Below are positions 26,927-41,770 of a stretch of DNA of 64,000 bases, in pieces. The notes under the pieces were generated by a model that saw nothing but the letters and a program-made list of their open reading frames with translations, searched no databases and was not told the DNA's origin. Position numbers and translations under genes: made by a program. This stretch comes from Priapulus caudatus (taxonomy: Eukaryota), in assembly GCF_000485595.1 (NCBI RefSeq), contig NW_014577070.1, positions 10,218 to 74,217 on the forward strand. The letters are read 5' to 3'. The stretch's first letter is position 1, and every line of letters begins with the position of its first letter.

Positions 26927-27554
26927 CGAAACTGCGTGTCTTCGACACATTTAGTCTTCACGGTGAAGCTGCCAGCGTTCCGTGGAAATCGTTCGTCGCG
27001 CCACCTAACGCCAAACCTAATCATGAAACACGTGCACCTTCGCTAAGGCACCGCCTGACATCGCCGCTATAGCTAAACCCTCACGCGGAGACGCCACCCT
27101 GGCGCCACCTGGCAGCACCTATCTGAGTTTCTTCCATGTCAATGTAGGAAACTTTGCATGAATAATCGATAACGTCGTCTGTTGCTAGGCAACGATACCG
27201 ATCCCGGGAACGACGCGTCTGGCTTCTCACTTGTCAGTCACTGTGACGTCGGGCAAGGTGCAGTAATGTCGGAAAGTCGCGTTGACCATCCCCTGCGTTC
27301 ACATTGCAACCATTCGCAGTTCTGTAAAGGAGCAGATGAAGCGGCAACCCACTTGCTGAGCTGGAACGCGCGCAGATCCGTATCCCTAACACTCATTTCC
27401 ACATAATTGTACAATCGCTTTAGTGCTCACGTAGCCTACAACGTATCTTCTATTCCAACACCCCGCATACATGTGACCAGAGTTGACCAGTCGCGCAACG
27501 TGACACCTCTTCTTCGCTTCTCGTTGTTTCTCGCGTGACGCTGTGAGACGCATG

Positions 27555-27772
27555 TTAACTGCACGGCTTGCTGAGCAACTTCTGGAAGGCGCGCCGGAAC
27601 TCGATGTTGAAGATCGTGTAGATTACCGGGTTGAAGAGACTGTTGCAGTAGCCGATCCACGTCGTGAACGTGAAGGCGAACACAGGCGGCTGCCAGTCGT
27701 AGCTGAACTTCAGGCAGAGTGCGTTCATGATCTGACACGTGAAGAACGGCACCCAGCAGACGAGGAAGACGC
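27555..27772 (-). CDS. Dop2R: D2-like dopamine receptor, terminal exon (TM6-ECL3-TM7-helix 8)
   Basis: (G)VFLVCWVPFFTCQIMNALCLKFSYDWQPPVFAFTFTTWIGYCNSLFNPVIYTIFNIEFRRAFQKLLSKPCS-TAA. Contains CWxP and NPxxY, and the very short C-tail is typical of D2-like Gi-coupled receptors. Acceptor cgttgcag|GC completes the phase-1 Gly codon left by ...IVL G|gt. Confidence 0.92.
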
Positions 27773-30218
27773 CTGCAACGTAGCGGCAGATATAAATGCA
27801 TACATGTTTTAGTAGTGCAATATTCCTGAAACGTAGCGGGAGACATATAAACACATACATGTTTTAGTAGTGCAATATTCCTGAAACGTAGCGGGAGACA
27901 TATAAACACATACATAGTTTAGTGGTGTAATATTCCTGTAACGTAGGGGGAGACTATATAAACACATCATGGTTTAGTATGAATATTTCTGTAACGGTAG
28001 GGGGAGAGTATATAAAGCATCATACAATCCGGTGTTAGTAGAGTACATTATTACACGTAGGGAGAGATATAAGACAGCATACATGTTTTAGTGTGTATAT
28101 ATTCCTGGGAACGTAGGTGCTCTAAACACATACCTGTTTTCGTAGTGTGAATGCCTGAAACTAGCGCGGATTGATAATAAACACATTACATTTTTAGTCT
28201 GTAATTACCTTGATAACGTGGGGGCAGAATAATATTAAACACATACTGGTTTCGTATGTAATATTCCTGCAGTACGGGAGATATAAACACATACATGTTT
28301 TAGAGTGTACTTATTCCCTTAACGTAGGGCGGAGATATATAAAGCCATACATCGATTTAGTATGTAAATATTCTATATACGATGGGAGATATTTAATCAC
28401 ATTAACATCTTTTCGTAGTGTAATCTCCTGTAACGTAGCGTAGATATAAACAAATTGCATGTTTAGTAGTGTAATATCCTGAAACGAGGCGGCAGATATA
28501 TAAACACATACATGGTTATAGGTATATTCTTAAGCGTAAGGGGTGAGATTATAAACTACAATACCTGTTTGTAATGAATATTCCTGTAACGTAAGGGGGG
28601 AGATTAAACACATACATGGTTTAGTATGAATAATTCTATGTAGACGTAGCGGGAGATTACTACACACTACTGTTTAGTAGTGAATACTTCCTGGCAACGA
28701 ACGGGAGATATAAACCATACAAGTTTAGTAAGTGTAACTATCCTGTAACGTAACCGGAGATATAGGAAACACATCAGTTTTAGTAAGTGTACTATTCCTG
28801 CAGCATGCAATATAAACACATACATGTTTATTATGTATTTCCGAACCGTAGCGGGACATAGTAACCGCATAATGGTTCAGTGGGGTAAATTCCTCAACGA
28901 GGGGCGATCTAAACACATACATTGATTCTTAGTAGTGTCATATTCCTGTAAACGTAGGGAGATATATAAACACATACATGTTTTAGTAGTGGAAATTCTG
29001 TAACGTAGGGGGACAATCTATAAAACATACATGTTAGTAGTGGAATATTCTAGTAACTAGGGGAGATTATAACACATACATCGGTTTATGTATGTAAATT
29101 CCTGCAACGTAAGGGGAGATATATAAACACATACTGGTTTACGTAGTGTCTAGTCTGTAACGTAGGGGAGATATATAACACATGACAGGTTTCGTAATGT
29201 AATAGTCCTGTTAGCGTAGGAAGGAATATATAAACACATACATGGTTAGTAGTGTAATATTCATGCAACGTAGGGGGAGATATAAATACTACATGTTTGT
29301 ATGTGTAGATATTCCATGAACGTAACGTGAAGATATATAAACACAGACCATGTTTTAGTGGATTAATATTCCTGAAACGTAGCGGAGATATATACACATA
29401 CATGTTTAGTAGTGTAATAATTCCTGAAACTACGGGAGATATAAAACTACATGGTTTCTGATGGTTTAGTGTGTCAATCCTGTAACGTAGGGGGACATTA
29501 AACACATAATGTTAGGTGTAGTATCCTTAACGTAGCGGAGATATAATAAAACACATACTGTTTAGTATGTAATATTCTGTAACTAGGGAGAGATATAAAC
29601 ACATATAGGTTTAGATTAATATTCCTGCCACGTAACGGAGATATTACCCACATACTTTAGTAGTGTAATAATTCCTCCAACGGTAGCGGGATATATATAA
29701 ACCATCAGGTAGTTAGTGTAATATTCTGTAACGTAGGGGGAATATATATAACACATACAGTTTTCGTAGTTAACTTCCTGTAAGTAGCGGAGATATAAAG
29801 CAACATACACGTTTAGAGTGTAATTTCCTGTAACGTCGGGGGATATATAAACACTAACATTTTTTAGTAGTGTCATGTTCCTGGTAACGTAGGGGGCGAT
29901 ATATTAAACACGATACATGGTTAGTAGTGTAAATATCCTGAAACGTAGGGGGAGATATATAAACACATACATGGTTTAGTGGTGTAGTATTCCTGTAACG
30001 TAGCGGGAGATATATAAACACATACATGTTTTAGTAGTGTAATATTCCTGTAACGTAGGGGGAGATATATAAACACATACATGGTTTAGTAGTGTAATAT
30101 TCCTGTAACGTAGGGGGAGATATATAAACACATACATGTTTTAGTAGTGTAACATTCCTGTAACGTAGGGGGAGATATATAAACACATACATGTTTTAGC
30201 AGTGTAATATTCCTGCAA
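27773..30218. repeat. 55-bp minisatellite, ~44 copies
   Basis: Unit tattcctgtaacgtagggggagatatataaacacatacatgttttagtagtgtaa; cctg recurs at 30047 and 30102. Confidence 0.95.
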
Positions 30219-31736
30219 CCAATAGGAGATGCGGCATTGTTGTTCAAAGTCACGTGGACACTGAAGCGCAGCAGACGATGTGTTATGATGCAATCGGGGG
30301 GATGCGAGTGTGGTATGCACACTTGTTTTGATTCATCGAACACGACGGCAGTGATGATGCGCAGACGACGCGCCGTGGAACGCTCAAGAAAAATGATGTT
30401 TTACTTTTACAAGTAAAGCCATAATATATGCTATACATACAGCAAAAGAGACGTAGGAATAACGTCTGAGACGTCCACGTTTAAGTCGACGAAAGACAGA
30501 TTATGACGTTATCGAATCATGATATATCAAACGATTTCGCCAAAAGTAATCAAATCCCAATGCGCCATCGCGTATCCAGCGTTTAAGAAGTGCTCAACCG
30601 AGGAATAGAACGACAGACAATACGTGGAGCAATTATCGTACGCGATGTTTTAGATATCGAGGCAAATAACAGCACTTTATACAGCAATTATCTGAAAACT
30701 CTTTGAGTATGACTCTTGCGCTGCTAGTTAAAAAGACGCAAACGAGCGCTGATAAAATGAGTGTATAGCAAAATTTTCATTGTAATATACAGCCTCAAGA
30801 TAAAGCAACATGAGGAAAAGAAAGAGCCAGGGGGCATGCGTGCGTAAGAGAACGAAGGCGTAGGACAGAGAGAGAGGTGAAGAGGAAAAAGAGAGAATAA
30901 AGAGGAAAAGGAGAAGAAACCCCCTAGAAAACCGTGATGCGTTTGTATGTCTTCTGTTTAATGCAGACACAAAACATTCCCTCTAATATAGTCAACAAAC
31001 TTTCGCCTACTGCAAACAACGGACCATCGCCCTGCTCTGAACAGCAAAAATTCTCGCTGGTGTATGCGAAACACCACCTGTTCGAGTGAGCATTAACTAA
31101 AAGCGTCAAGTTGTCATCAAAGTAAAATGAGCCCTTTCCTTCTTATTTGTATGTGCATGCCTGCAAGAGAGTTATTCCCTTGGCCATAGTGTCGCAAAAA
31201 CCAGAAAGTGTCGCTCGATTATGATATCGGACCCATTTTCTGTTTTTTCCCGGCAATGTGTCTGTCTCCGCTGCGTGCGTCATACATTCTTAATAAGCCA
31301 ACTCATTAGCAGCAAACTGACAGCTAAAATTAATTACGAAGTTCTTACATCTCCAAATCGCGTTATCGACCGTCAGTTAGCCCACTGCAAACGAGCCAGT
31401 TATCATCGTGCACGCAATGCCAACGTAATAGAAAGACAAAGCGAAAAAATTTGAACCTAATCCAATGTGAATTCACAGCCACTGTCTGTAGGGACCTCCC
31501 GGATGAGCTAAGGGAGGCATGTAGAGCGGCATAGGTACGTAGGTGCGGCTTTGATAATGAATGGAAAGCAGGTGGGAGGTGGTAGGGCCGATAGCGAGAC
31601 GTTGAAAAGAAAGAGGGCGGATTAATATAAGAAAATTTGCAAGGAATATCCAGCATGACATAGCGGACATGCAGACACTGATGATGGACAAATATTCATG
31701 GAATGGCATTGCGAACTCTATTTCGGATGCGTCCGC

Positions 31737-31767
<31 letters not shown>

Positions 31768-31774
31768 GCCTACA

Positions 31775-33731
31775 CTACAGCCACGCTACACTAAACAATC
31801 ACATAAGGCTACACTACGCACGACACTAATCACATAAGGCCACACTACACACGTTACACTACATCACATAGGCTACACTACCGCCACGCTACACTACATA
31901 CACATAAAAGGCTACACTCCACACGGCTTACCCATCCACATCACATATAAGCTACACTACGCCACGCTACACTACATCACAAAGGCTACACTAACCAGCT
32001 ACACTACATCACATAAGGCTACACTACACCACGGACTAGCCTACACACATAAGGCTACACTACACCACGATACCATACATACACAATAAGCGCTACACAC
32101 ACCGACGCTAGCCTACTCACATAAGGGCGTAAACTATCCCACGCTTTACACTACATCACATAGGGGAGCTTACACATACACCACGCTAGCCTACATCACA
32201 TAAGGCTACACTACGCCACGCTACACTACATCACATAAGGCTACACTAACACCACGCTAGCCTACATCACAATAAGGCCTACACTTACGCACGCTACACT
32301 ACATCACATAAAGCTTACCACTACATCAACGCTACACGTACAGGCACATAAGGGCACACTACACCACGCTACCTACATTCACATAAGGCTACACTACGCA
32401 TGCTACACTACTATCACATAAGGCTACCTAACCACGGTTACACTACATCATATAAGGCTACACTACACGCACGCTACACTACGATCACATAAGGCTACAC
32501 TACACCCAGCACACTACATCACATAAGGCTAACACTACACCAACGCTAGCCTACATCATATAAAAGACTACACTACGCCAATCGCTACCACTACATCACA
32601 TAAAGGCTACACTACGGCAACCGCCACCGTACCACACCACGCCACGCCACCACCGCCACGCACGACGCCACGCAACGCCACGCACACGCCAACCCACCGC
32701 CACGCCACGCCATCGCACGCCACGCCACGCCACGCCACGCCCACGCCACGCACGCCACGCCACGCCACGCCACGCCACTCACGCCAGACGCACGCCACGC
32801 CATCGCCGGCCACGCACCGCCACGCCACGCCACGCCACGCTCACGCACGGCCACGCGCACGATACATACAGCTACACTTACACTACAACAAGCACTACAG
32901 CTACACTTCACTACACTACACTACACTACACTACACCCACACCACACCAACGCACGCCACGCCACGCCACGCCCCGCTACGCTACGATACGATACACCTA
33001 CACCACGCACGCTAATGCTTACCTACAGCCACAACCACACCACAAGCCACACCACCACCTACGCTACGCTACACGCCCTCGACACTAACAACCACCCACG
33101 CTTACACAAACGCACCACCCACGTTACCACACTACCCGCTACGCCACACTACGCTAACACCACACCAACACACGCTACTGCTAACACCACGCCACGCTAC
33201 GTCCACACTCTACACCACACCACCCACCACACCACAACCACACCACAACCACACACGGCCTACGCTCGCTACACTACACTAACCATCTACCACCACACAC
33301 ACCACACACCTACGCTAGCGCTAACACTTACACTATCACCATCTACACCACACACTACTTTACACTGAAACTGCACTTGCCATCTATACTATACTACATT
33401 GTTTCCGCCTACGTGTCCTAGCCAGCCCGCATCCGCCCCGCAACCAGCTCTTCTACTAAACGGCTCCGGCTAGCTGGGCCTTGATAGTTACCTGAATGCA
33501 CCGAACTGCTAACGCCTCGGCGCAGGTTACCCCCGTGTCCCGTGGCTTGCTGCCTTGCTACTAGCTACGAGTGGGCAGCGCAGGCAGAAAGCACAGTCTG
33601 ATCTTCGTCCCAGCGGCCATGGTAATTAATTGGCAGGCGAAACAGGCGCGCCGCTGCCGACGGCGTCATCTGACGCTGCGCAGGTTCAAACGATCGGGAA
33701 AATACGGCGCACTGCGCACGCACGACGCACA

Positions 33732-33762
<31 letters not shown>

Positions 33763-34700
33763 GCGCGCACACCACCACACGCACACACAACAGGCACCGC
33801 ACGACACGCACGCAAAGCACACGCAACACGCCACACGGCACACGCACACGGCCAGCACGCCGACGCACACCGCACACGAACGAGCACGACCACACGACAC
33901 ACACACACGGCACACGCCGACACACACACAGCCACACCAACCACCCACACGCCACGCACACACACGACTACGCACGCACCAAACGCCTACCCTAGCACGG
34001 ATGGCGAGCGTCTGTCGGTCGCGTCTTCATTCGTCTTTCTTTCGCCGCCAGCTTGTCCCTTGCGCTTCTTGCTTACCGGGAACGCCTTGGGTTCTGCCGA
34101 AGCGAACTGCGTGGAACAGTTGCGCGCTGCACAGCAGCACCTTGCGTCCCACCTTGCCCGAACGTCGTTCCAATCTTTCTTGACACAGCAACAGTGTGAG
34201 CGCCACCTGGGTCGTCTCGCGCGTAGAAAACGTCCGCGCCGCGGTGACCGGGTGTCACCGTTTCCGAACATTCGTCTCGACCTCAACGCCTGTCGGCGCG
34301 CATAACCGAGTCGAGTTTCGTGAACGACCCCGTCCTCGCTCTGAGATGTGCTTCGCGTGGCCGCCGATTCTCGTGACCATGTCGGGCACGAACGTGGTCG
34401 TGCTCGTCTCGTCGACGTCGTCGTCGCGTCGTCGTCGTCGCAACACACCCACATCGTCCGGCTCGTGTGACCGTGCTCCCGGACGTCGACTCCTGGCTTC
34501 CGCGCCCCGTGTTTGTCGGCTCCTCGCCGACGCGTGCGCCCCCTGCGACTAACGGCGTCGGCGCTCAAGTCCGCGCCATCCGTCTCGTCATCGTCAGCGT
34601 CACGGGGCCGTGTTTCCTCGATCCGTGCGGCGTTGCGCGACATGCGGTTGCGCTTCGCGTTGTCGGCTGACTTCGCGCAGTGCTCGCTCTAATCACCTTG
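31775..34700. repeat. Block duplicated at ~39185-43320
   Basis: Same order in both: 35-bp minisatellite, (GCCAC)n, unique ~300 bp (...ctgcgcaggttcaaacgatcggga), (CA)n, receptor exon. Confidence 0.85.
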
Positions 34701-34934
34701 AAGGATGCTTGTAGTGAGAATGACCATGAATGATGCAGGGAATGTAGAAGGAGCCTGATCGACGAATAGATGATGAAGTCTGAGTTAAAACACGCAAGCT
34801 CTCGTTTGCGACCTCGACCTCTGGTTAGAGGCCCGTGGCTATCGGATGCCCGATGGCGGCGGTGGCCCGCGGCCTCGACATTTGTTGTTATGCTTTGCAT
34901 ATTGATCGCTGCGTGCATGAATGATCGATATATA
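33991..34934 (-). CDS. Dop2R: D2-like dopamine receptor, large internal exon (ICL2-TM4-ECL2-TM5-ICL3-start of TM6), with many indel errors
   Basis: A (CT)n polypyrimidine tract and cag acceptor (34935-34937) precede it. Frame-corrected reading gives [48 protein letters not shown] (TM5), a long polar ICL3 ([22 protein letters not shown]...), then KKRK.KLAAK...TLAIVL-G|gtaggc. This matches the protostome Dop2R motif pattern. Confidence 0.8.
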
Positions 34935-35548
34935 CTGAGAGAGAGAGAAGAGAGACGAGAGAGAGAGAGGCGAGAGAGGGAGACGAGAAGAGAGACAGAC
35001 GAGAAGAGAGCGAGGAGGAGAGGCAGAGAAAAAAGGAGAACAGAACCACCCACGAACACTATAAATAAACAACACCACACGCCAAAATGATTAGAGTGGG
35101 AATAGATATGATTGTGGAGGATGGATGGTTGTGAGATGGATGGATGGAGGATGATGATGAAGGATGGATGGATTGGATGGACGATGGATGGATGGATGGA
35201 TGGATGGATGGATTGATGATGGATGGATGGATGGATGATGGATGGATGGATGGGATGATGATGATGATGATGGATGGATGGAGAATGGATGGATGGATGG
35301 ATGATGGATGGATAGGTTAGATGGATGATAGACTAATATGGTACATTAGATAGACAGGCAGTTAGAATAGATAGATAAAATAGATACATAGGATAATAGA
35401 TAGATCAGAATAGATAGATAGAGTAGATAGAGTAGGATACGATAGATAGATAGATAGATAGATAGATAATTGATAGATAAATAAATAGATAGAAGTAAGA
35501 CAGTTAATATATATATACATATATATATATACATATATAGATAATTGA

Positions 35549-35605
<57 letters not shown>

Positions 35606-35646
35606 CTAAGATATGATAGAATAGATAGTAGATAGATAGATAAGAC

Positions 35647-35684
<38 letters not shown>

Positions 35685-35732
35685 TAGATAGAATAGATAG
35701 ATAGATAGATAGAAGATAGATCAGATAGATAC

Positions 35733-35788
<56 letters not shown>

Positions 35789-37734
35789 CAGATAGATAGA
35801 TAGAATACGATAGAGAAATGATAAGTGTAAATGGATTCAGGCTCGTTGATGTAACATTTATTCACCCACCACATAAACTATACGCAACCCTCTACCGTAG
35901 TCATGCTTGCCCTGCTGCCGTGTCACCTAAATCCTATTATATTATATCCCTCGCAGTGATCGATTATGTTTGGTTTGATTGGGCGCCCAATCTAACGCGA
36001 AATGGCCGAAAACGATATGATCGATCCAGTTTATAGTGTGAATTAGTGAGAAATTAAAAACGTTGAAGCATTCATTTTTAACGTTAGGCCTTCGCGTCAT
36101 ATTGCTCGCGCTAGGCCCAGTGCGGTTTCAACTAGAAAACGCATGTACCGATTAATGACACAGCGTTGTTAACGCAGCCGGAGGTCGGATGTGTCGGCGC
36201 CAGCCGAGGTGATCCGCCGCCCCCCCGACAACCAAGCGCGATGTGCTGCTGCTAAATGCCGACGTTGAAGGCAACGCGGCGTTGTACCAATTACCCCGCA
36301 TACAGAACTTTTGGGCGGTTGGATTTGATGAGATGGTATTGGAACTGGGTGCGGGGTCAGAACCGCGCGAGCTTTATTTCAATTGTATCCTGCTGCACCA
36401 CGTCTGTGCGGGCGTACGTAACGAGCTAAACTGAGCATGCCATGATACTTCATCCTTGATGGTAGGATCAGAATTTGCAGCCTGTGACGCTACGGATTGA
36501 CGCGCGCCTAATCCGCGCACCAGTTTTGATGTAGGTTAAGTATTTCGTCATCCTGTACGGTTACACAGTTCTTCTGTTTGTGAATGAAAATTAGCACCCG
36601 ATAATATATTCACCGCGAATATCCCAGCCCCCAAGGCCCTACATCTTGGCTTTAATCTCTCCATCCTGCATCTCGGCGCTCGCGAACTGCATCAGGGCTG
36701 TCTCTTGGTTAGCCCCTTGCACATGCCATTCGCATCATGTATGGCAGTTACAGAGGCGCGCCATACAAATCGTAAAATCTATTGAACAATGCTCCCGCCG
36801 TGATGTAATATTTATGAAATTCTCGCGCAGAGGGCTACAAGCGCGTCGTTCACGTGAGTTTGTTTTATCCGTCCGTACCGATTACGCAAGAGTTCTTTTG
36901 TCTGTCTGTCTGTTGCGTCCTGTCGTTTTTTTTGGCACGGTTTGCTTAGTTCCACGTGTGCTACTAATTGAGCATCAGGTTTGTCGATACTGTACATTTT
37001 TGCGCTGGCTTCTGCTCTCTATTTTGCCGCATGTTGTCTGCCGTCGACTGTTTTGTGTATATACTTTCGTCCGCTATATAGTTTGGCATGCTACGTCCAT
37101 CGCCGCGACCGCCGCGCCCAGTCTGCCCGCAACCTTCGCGATTGCGTTTCAGAATTTTTGTAAACAATCGGCAGAGGGCCCCGTATATACCGTCATTTGC
37201 GTAAAATGCTGCGTTGCAAATCACTTCGCAAAGGTTTCGCAGGTCCGTCTGTTTATCCGTCCGCTCGATTATGCAAGCGTGCTGTCTATCTCTCGTTGTG
37301 TCGTCTCTCCCGGACGTTTATGATCGCAAGTTAGATAGACGTTTACTTGCTAGCTGGTTGTGACTCCTTATTTTTGTCTGGCTTATTAAAATTGTTTTCA
37401 TTCTAACAACAATTTGTCAGTCTGGCAATCGTTTCCTAGTCTGTTTGCAGTGTATTATGTAGTCTATTACGTATGCAGTTTGTATATTTGTATGTCACTC
37501 ATAGGCGTGACTGCCGCGCCCTCTGCCTGAATTCACTCGCGTTTGCGTCTTAGTGGCTTTTGTAAGTAATCGGGGAAGGGTACCCCATTATACCGTCATT
37601 AGTGTGAGGAGCTCTTTGTAAATTACTTCGCAAAAAGCTATGAAAATAAAATGGAAAAAAATTATAAATACAGCGGCCGTAAGTATAACAGCGCTCTCGC
37701 GCGCAGCGGAATGCAGCGGCTTCAGCAGTAAACC

Positions 37735-37780
<46 letters not shown>

Positions 37781-37833
37781 AACGAGAGAGGAGAGAGAGA
37801 GAGAGAGAGACGAGAGAGATAGAGAGAGAGACG

Positions 37834-37864
<31 letters not shown>

Positions 37865-37882
37865 GAGAGAAGAGGGAGAGAG

Positions 37883-37938
<56 letters not shown>

Positions 37939-38071
37939 AGGGTGAGAGAGAGAGAGAGCGAGAGAGTGAAGAGAGAGAGAGAGAGGGGGATAGAGAGAGA
38001 GAGAGAGAGAGAGAGGAGAAGAGGAGACAAGAGGGAGAGAGAGAGGAGAGAGAGAAAGAGGAGAGAGAGAG

Positions 38072-38114
<43 letters not shown>

Positions 38115-38119
38115 AGAGT

Positions 38120-38159
<40 letters not shown>

Positions 38160-38366
38160 AGAGAGAGAGACGAGAGAGAGAGAAGAGAGAGAAGAGGAGA
38201 GAGAGAGAGAGGTGAGACCGCAAGCACCAGGCGGTTTTCTATAATTCCCATGTCATTCCCACGATTATCATATCTATATTTCNNNNNNNNNNNNNNNNNN
38301 NNNNNNNGACGTGAGTAAGCGCCTTGTATAGCAGTAGCAGTAGTAGTAGTAGCAGATCAGTAGCCC

Positions 38367-38403
<37 letters not shown>

Positions 38404-39184
38404 ATATAAGAGGAAATGCTGCAATGAGGTCGGGGATCGTGGTGGGGTAGCGGAGAGAATGTGTTAAAGATAGAGGAAGGGGAACTGACATAGAAGTGCG
38501 GTAACATTTTGTTTACCAATATGCCTAGGCTGCGCTGTGGGGAGGCGAGAGCGCCATGCAAAGAGAAAGCCGTTAGGGACGAGTGAAGAAAGTCGGGCAG
38601 CGGCAAAAAAGAAAGCTCCGCACCCGCACACGCAACCTTCATCCATACTCACCGCAAGGAAAGGCACGAGCTTACACAATTAGGTTGAGCTACGATAAAT
38701 AATAATCCTGCCGACGAAAGATACCCCTATGTTTTTCGCCATCAATCGCTGAAGTCGTCATCACCCGGTGGACGCTGCGGCTGAAGCCACGAAGCGCTGA
38801 ATCTGACAGCTTCGCGCAAACAGTTGAAACTGATGGATGCGGAGCGCTGCTGGGGAAGCCATGAGATGAGCTGAACTATTAGCGCTGGGTGATTAGCGTG
38901 ATTAGAGGCGTTAATTATTCAGCGTCTGCGCGTTGGCGAGGTTGGCCCGCCAGCACCTGTAGGGGAATGGCGACCTCCCTCATGCCTGCATCGATATCGG
39001 CGTGCATAATTGCTGTGACGTTCATCTAGTGTGCTAATTAAGAAGCTTTGCAGCACGTGGTTTGCCTTTGCTGTTATAAACTACCGTGACTAATTACGAT
39101 AGCGTGTATCACGCCACGATACATTATGCACTATACACACACCAAGACACCATACGTCACGCTACGCTACGCCACTTCGAGCTA

Positions 39185-41200
39185 CACTACGCCGCGCTAC
39201 ACTACATCACATAAGGCTACACTACACCACGCTAGCTTACATCACATAAGGCTACACTACACCACGCTAGGCTACATCACATAAAGCTACACTACATCAC
39301 ATAAGGCTACACTACACCACGCTAGGCTACATCACATAAGGCTAACACTACGCCACCGCCTGTACACTACATCACATAAGGCTTACATACACCAACGCTA
39401 CATAACAATCATCATAAGGGCTTACACTACACCACGCTAGGCTACATTCACATAAGGCTACACTACACCACGCCTACACTACATCACATAAGGCTACACT
39501 ACACCACTCTACACTACATCACATTAAGGCGGACACTACACCACGCTATCCTACATTCACATAAGGACACTGACGACCACGCATACACTACATCACATAA
39601 GGCTTACCACTAACACCACGTCTACACTAAACAATCACATAAGGCTACACACGCAACGTCACACTAATCACATAAGGGCTACACTACACACGCTACACTA
39701 CATCACATAAGGCTACACTACACCACGCTACACTACATCACATAAGGCTACACTACACCACGCTAGCCTACATCACATAAGGCTACACTACGCCACGCTA
39801 CACTACATCACATAAGGCTACACTACACCACGCTACACTACATCACATAAGGCTACACTACACCACGGCCAGCCTACACACATAGGCTACACTACACCAC
39901 GTACCACTACATTCACAATAAGCGCTACACACACCACGCTAGCCTACATCACATAAGGCGTACACACTACCGCCACGCTTTACACTACATCACATAGGGG
40001 GCTACACATACACCAGCGCTAGCCTAACATACACATAAGCTACACTACACCCACGTTACACTACATCACATAAGGCTACACTAAACACCACGCTAGGCTA
40101 CATCACAATAAGGCCTACACTTACGCTACGCTAGCACTTACATCAACATAAAGCTACACTACATCAACGGCTTACACTACAGCACATAAGGCTACACTAC
40201 ACCACGCTAGCCTACATCACATAAAAGGCTACACTACGCATGCTAACACTACTACTCACTAAGGCTACACTTAACCACGGTTACACTACATTCATATAAG
40301 GCTACACTACACCACGCTACACTACATCACATAAGGCTACACTACACCACGCTACACTACATCACATAAGGCTACACTACACCACGCTAGCCTACATCAT
40401 TATAAAGTCTACACTACGCCACGCTACACTACATCACATAAGGCTACACTACGCACCGCACCGTACCACACCACGCCACGCCACGCCACGCCACCGCACG
40501 CCACGCACGCCACAACCACGCCAACGCCACCGCCACCCACCGCCATCGCCACGCCACGCCACGCCACGCCACGCCACGCCACGCACGCCACGCCACGCCA
40601 CGCCACGCCCACGTCACGCCACGCCACGCACGCCATCGCACCCGCCACGCACCAGCCACGGCCACCCACGCCCCACGCTCACGCACGGCCACCACGCTAC
40701 ACTACACTACACTACACTACACTCACTACTACACTTCACTACACTACACTACACTACACTACACCACACCACACCACGCCACGCCACGCCACGCCACGCC
40801 CCGCTACGCTACGCTACGATACACTACACCACGCCACGCTATGCTACACTACACCACACCACACCACACCACACCACACCACGCTACGCTACGCTACACT
40901 ACACCACGCTACGCTACACTACACCACACCACCCACGCTACCGATACACCTTACACCACGCTACGCCACACTACGCTACACCACACCAACACACGCTACG
41001 CTACACCACGCCACGCTACGTCACACTACACCACACCACACCACACCACACCACACCACACCACACCACGCTACGCTACGCTACACTACACTACACCACT
41101 ACACCACACCACACCACACCACGCTACGCTACGCTACACTACACTACACCACTACACCACACACTACTCTACACTGAACTGCACTGCACTATACTATACT
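39185..41200. repeat. 35-bp minisatellite grading into pentamer repeats (also ~31775-33360)
   Basis: Unit catcacataaggctacactacaccacgctacacta, followed by (GCCAC)n, (ACTAC)n and (ACCAC)n. Confidence 0.92.
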
Positions 41201-41770
41201 ACATGTTTCCCTACGTCCTACCAGCCCGCATCGCACCGAACAGCTCTTCTACTAAACGGCTCCGCTAGCTGGCCCTTATAGTTTACCTGAATGCACGACT
41301 GCTAGCCCTCGCGAGGGTTACCCGTTCCCGTGGCTTCCGCTTGCTACTAGCTACGAGTGGCAGCCAGGCAGAAAGCACAGTCTGATCTTCGTCCCAGCGG
41401 CCATTGGTAATTAATTGGCAGGCGAAACAGACGCGCCCGCTGCGACGGCGCTAACATCTGACGCTGCGCAGGTTCAAACGATCGGGAAAACGGCGCACGC
41501 GCACGCACGCACGCACACACAACACACACACACACACACACACACACACGCGCCACACGCACACACGCACACACAACACACACGCACACACGCACGCAAA
41601 GCACACGCACACGCCACACGCACACGCACACGCGCCAGCACGCCACGGCACACGCACACACACAGCACCAACACACACACACACACAACACGCTACACAC
41701 CACGCACACACCGACGCCACACACACGCACACGCCACGCACACACACGATACGCCCGCACACAAACCTAC

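Noticed and set aside
33571..34552. 244-aa and 118-aa ORFs on +
   Set aside because: Antisense shadow of the receptor exon plus (CA)n translation.
36646..37323. 225-aa ORF on +
   Set aside because: Non-ATG start and no recognisable domain, in noisy sequence. The opposite strand might be a decayed retroelement ORF1, but I cannot support that.
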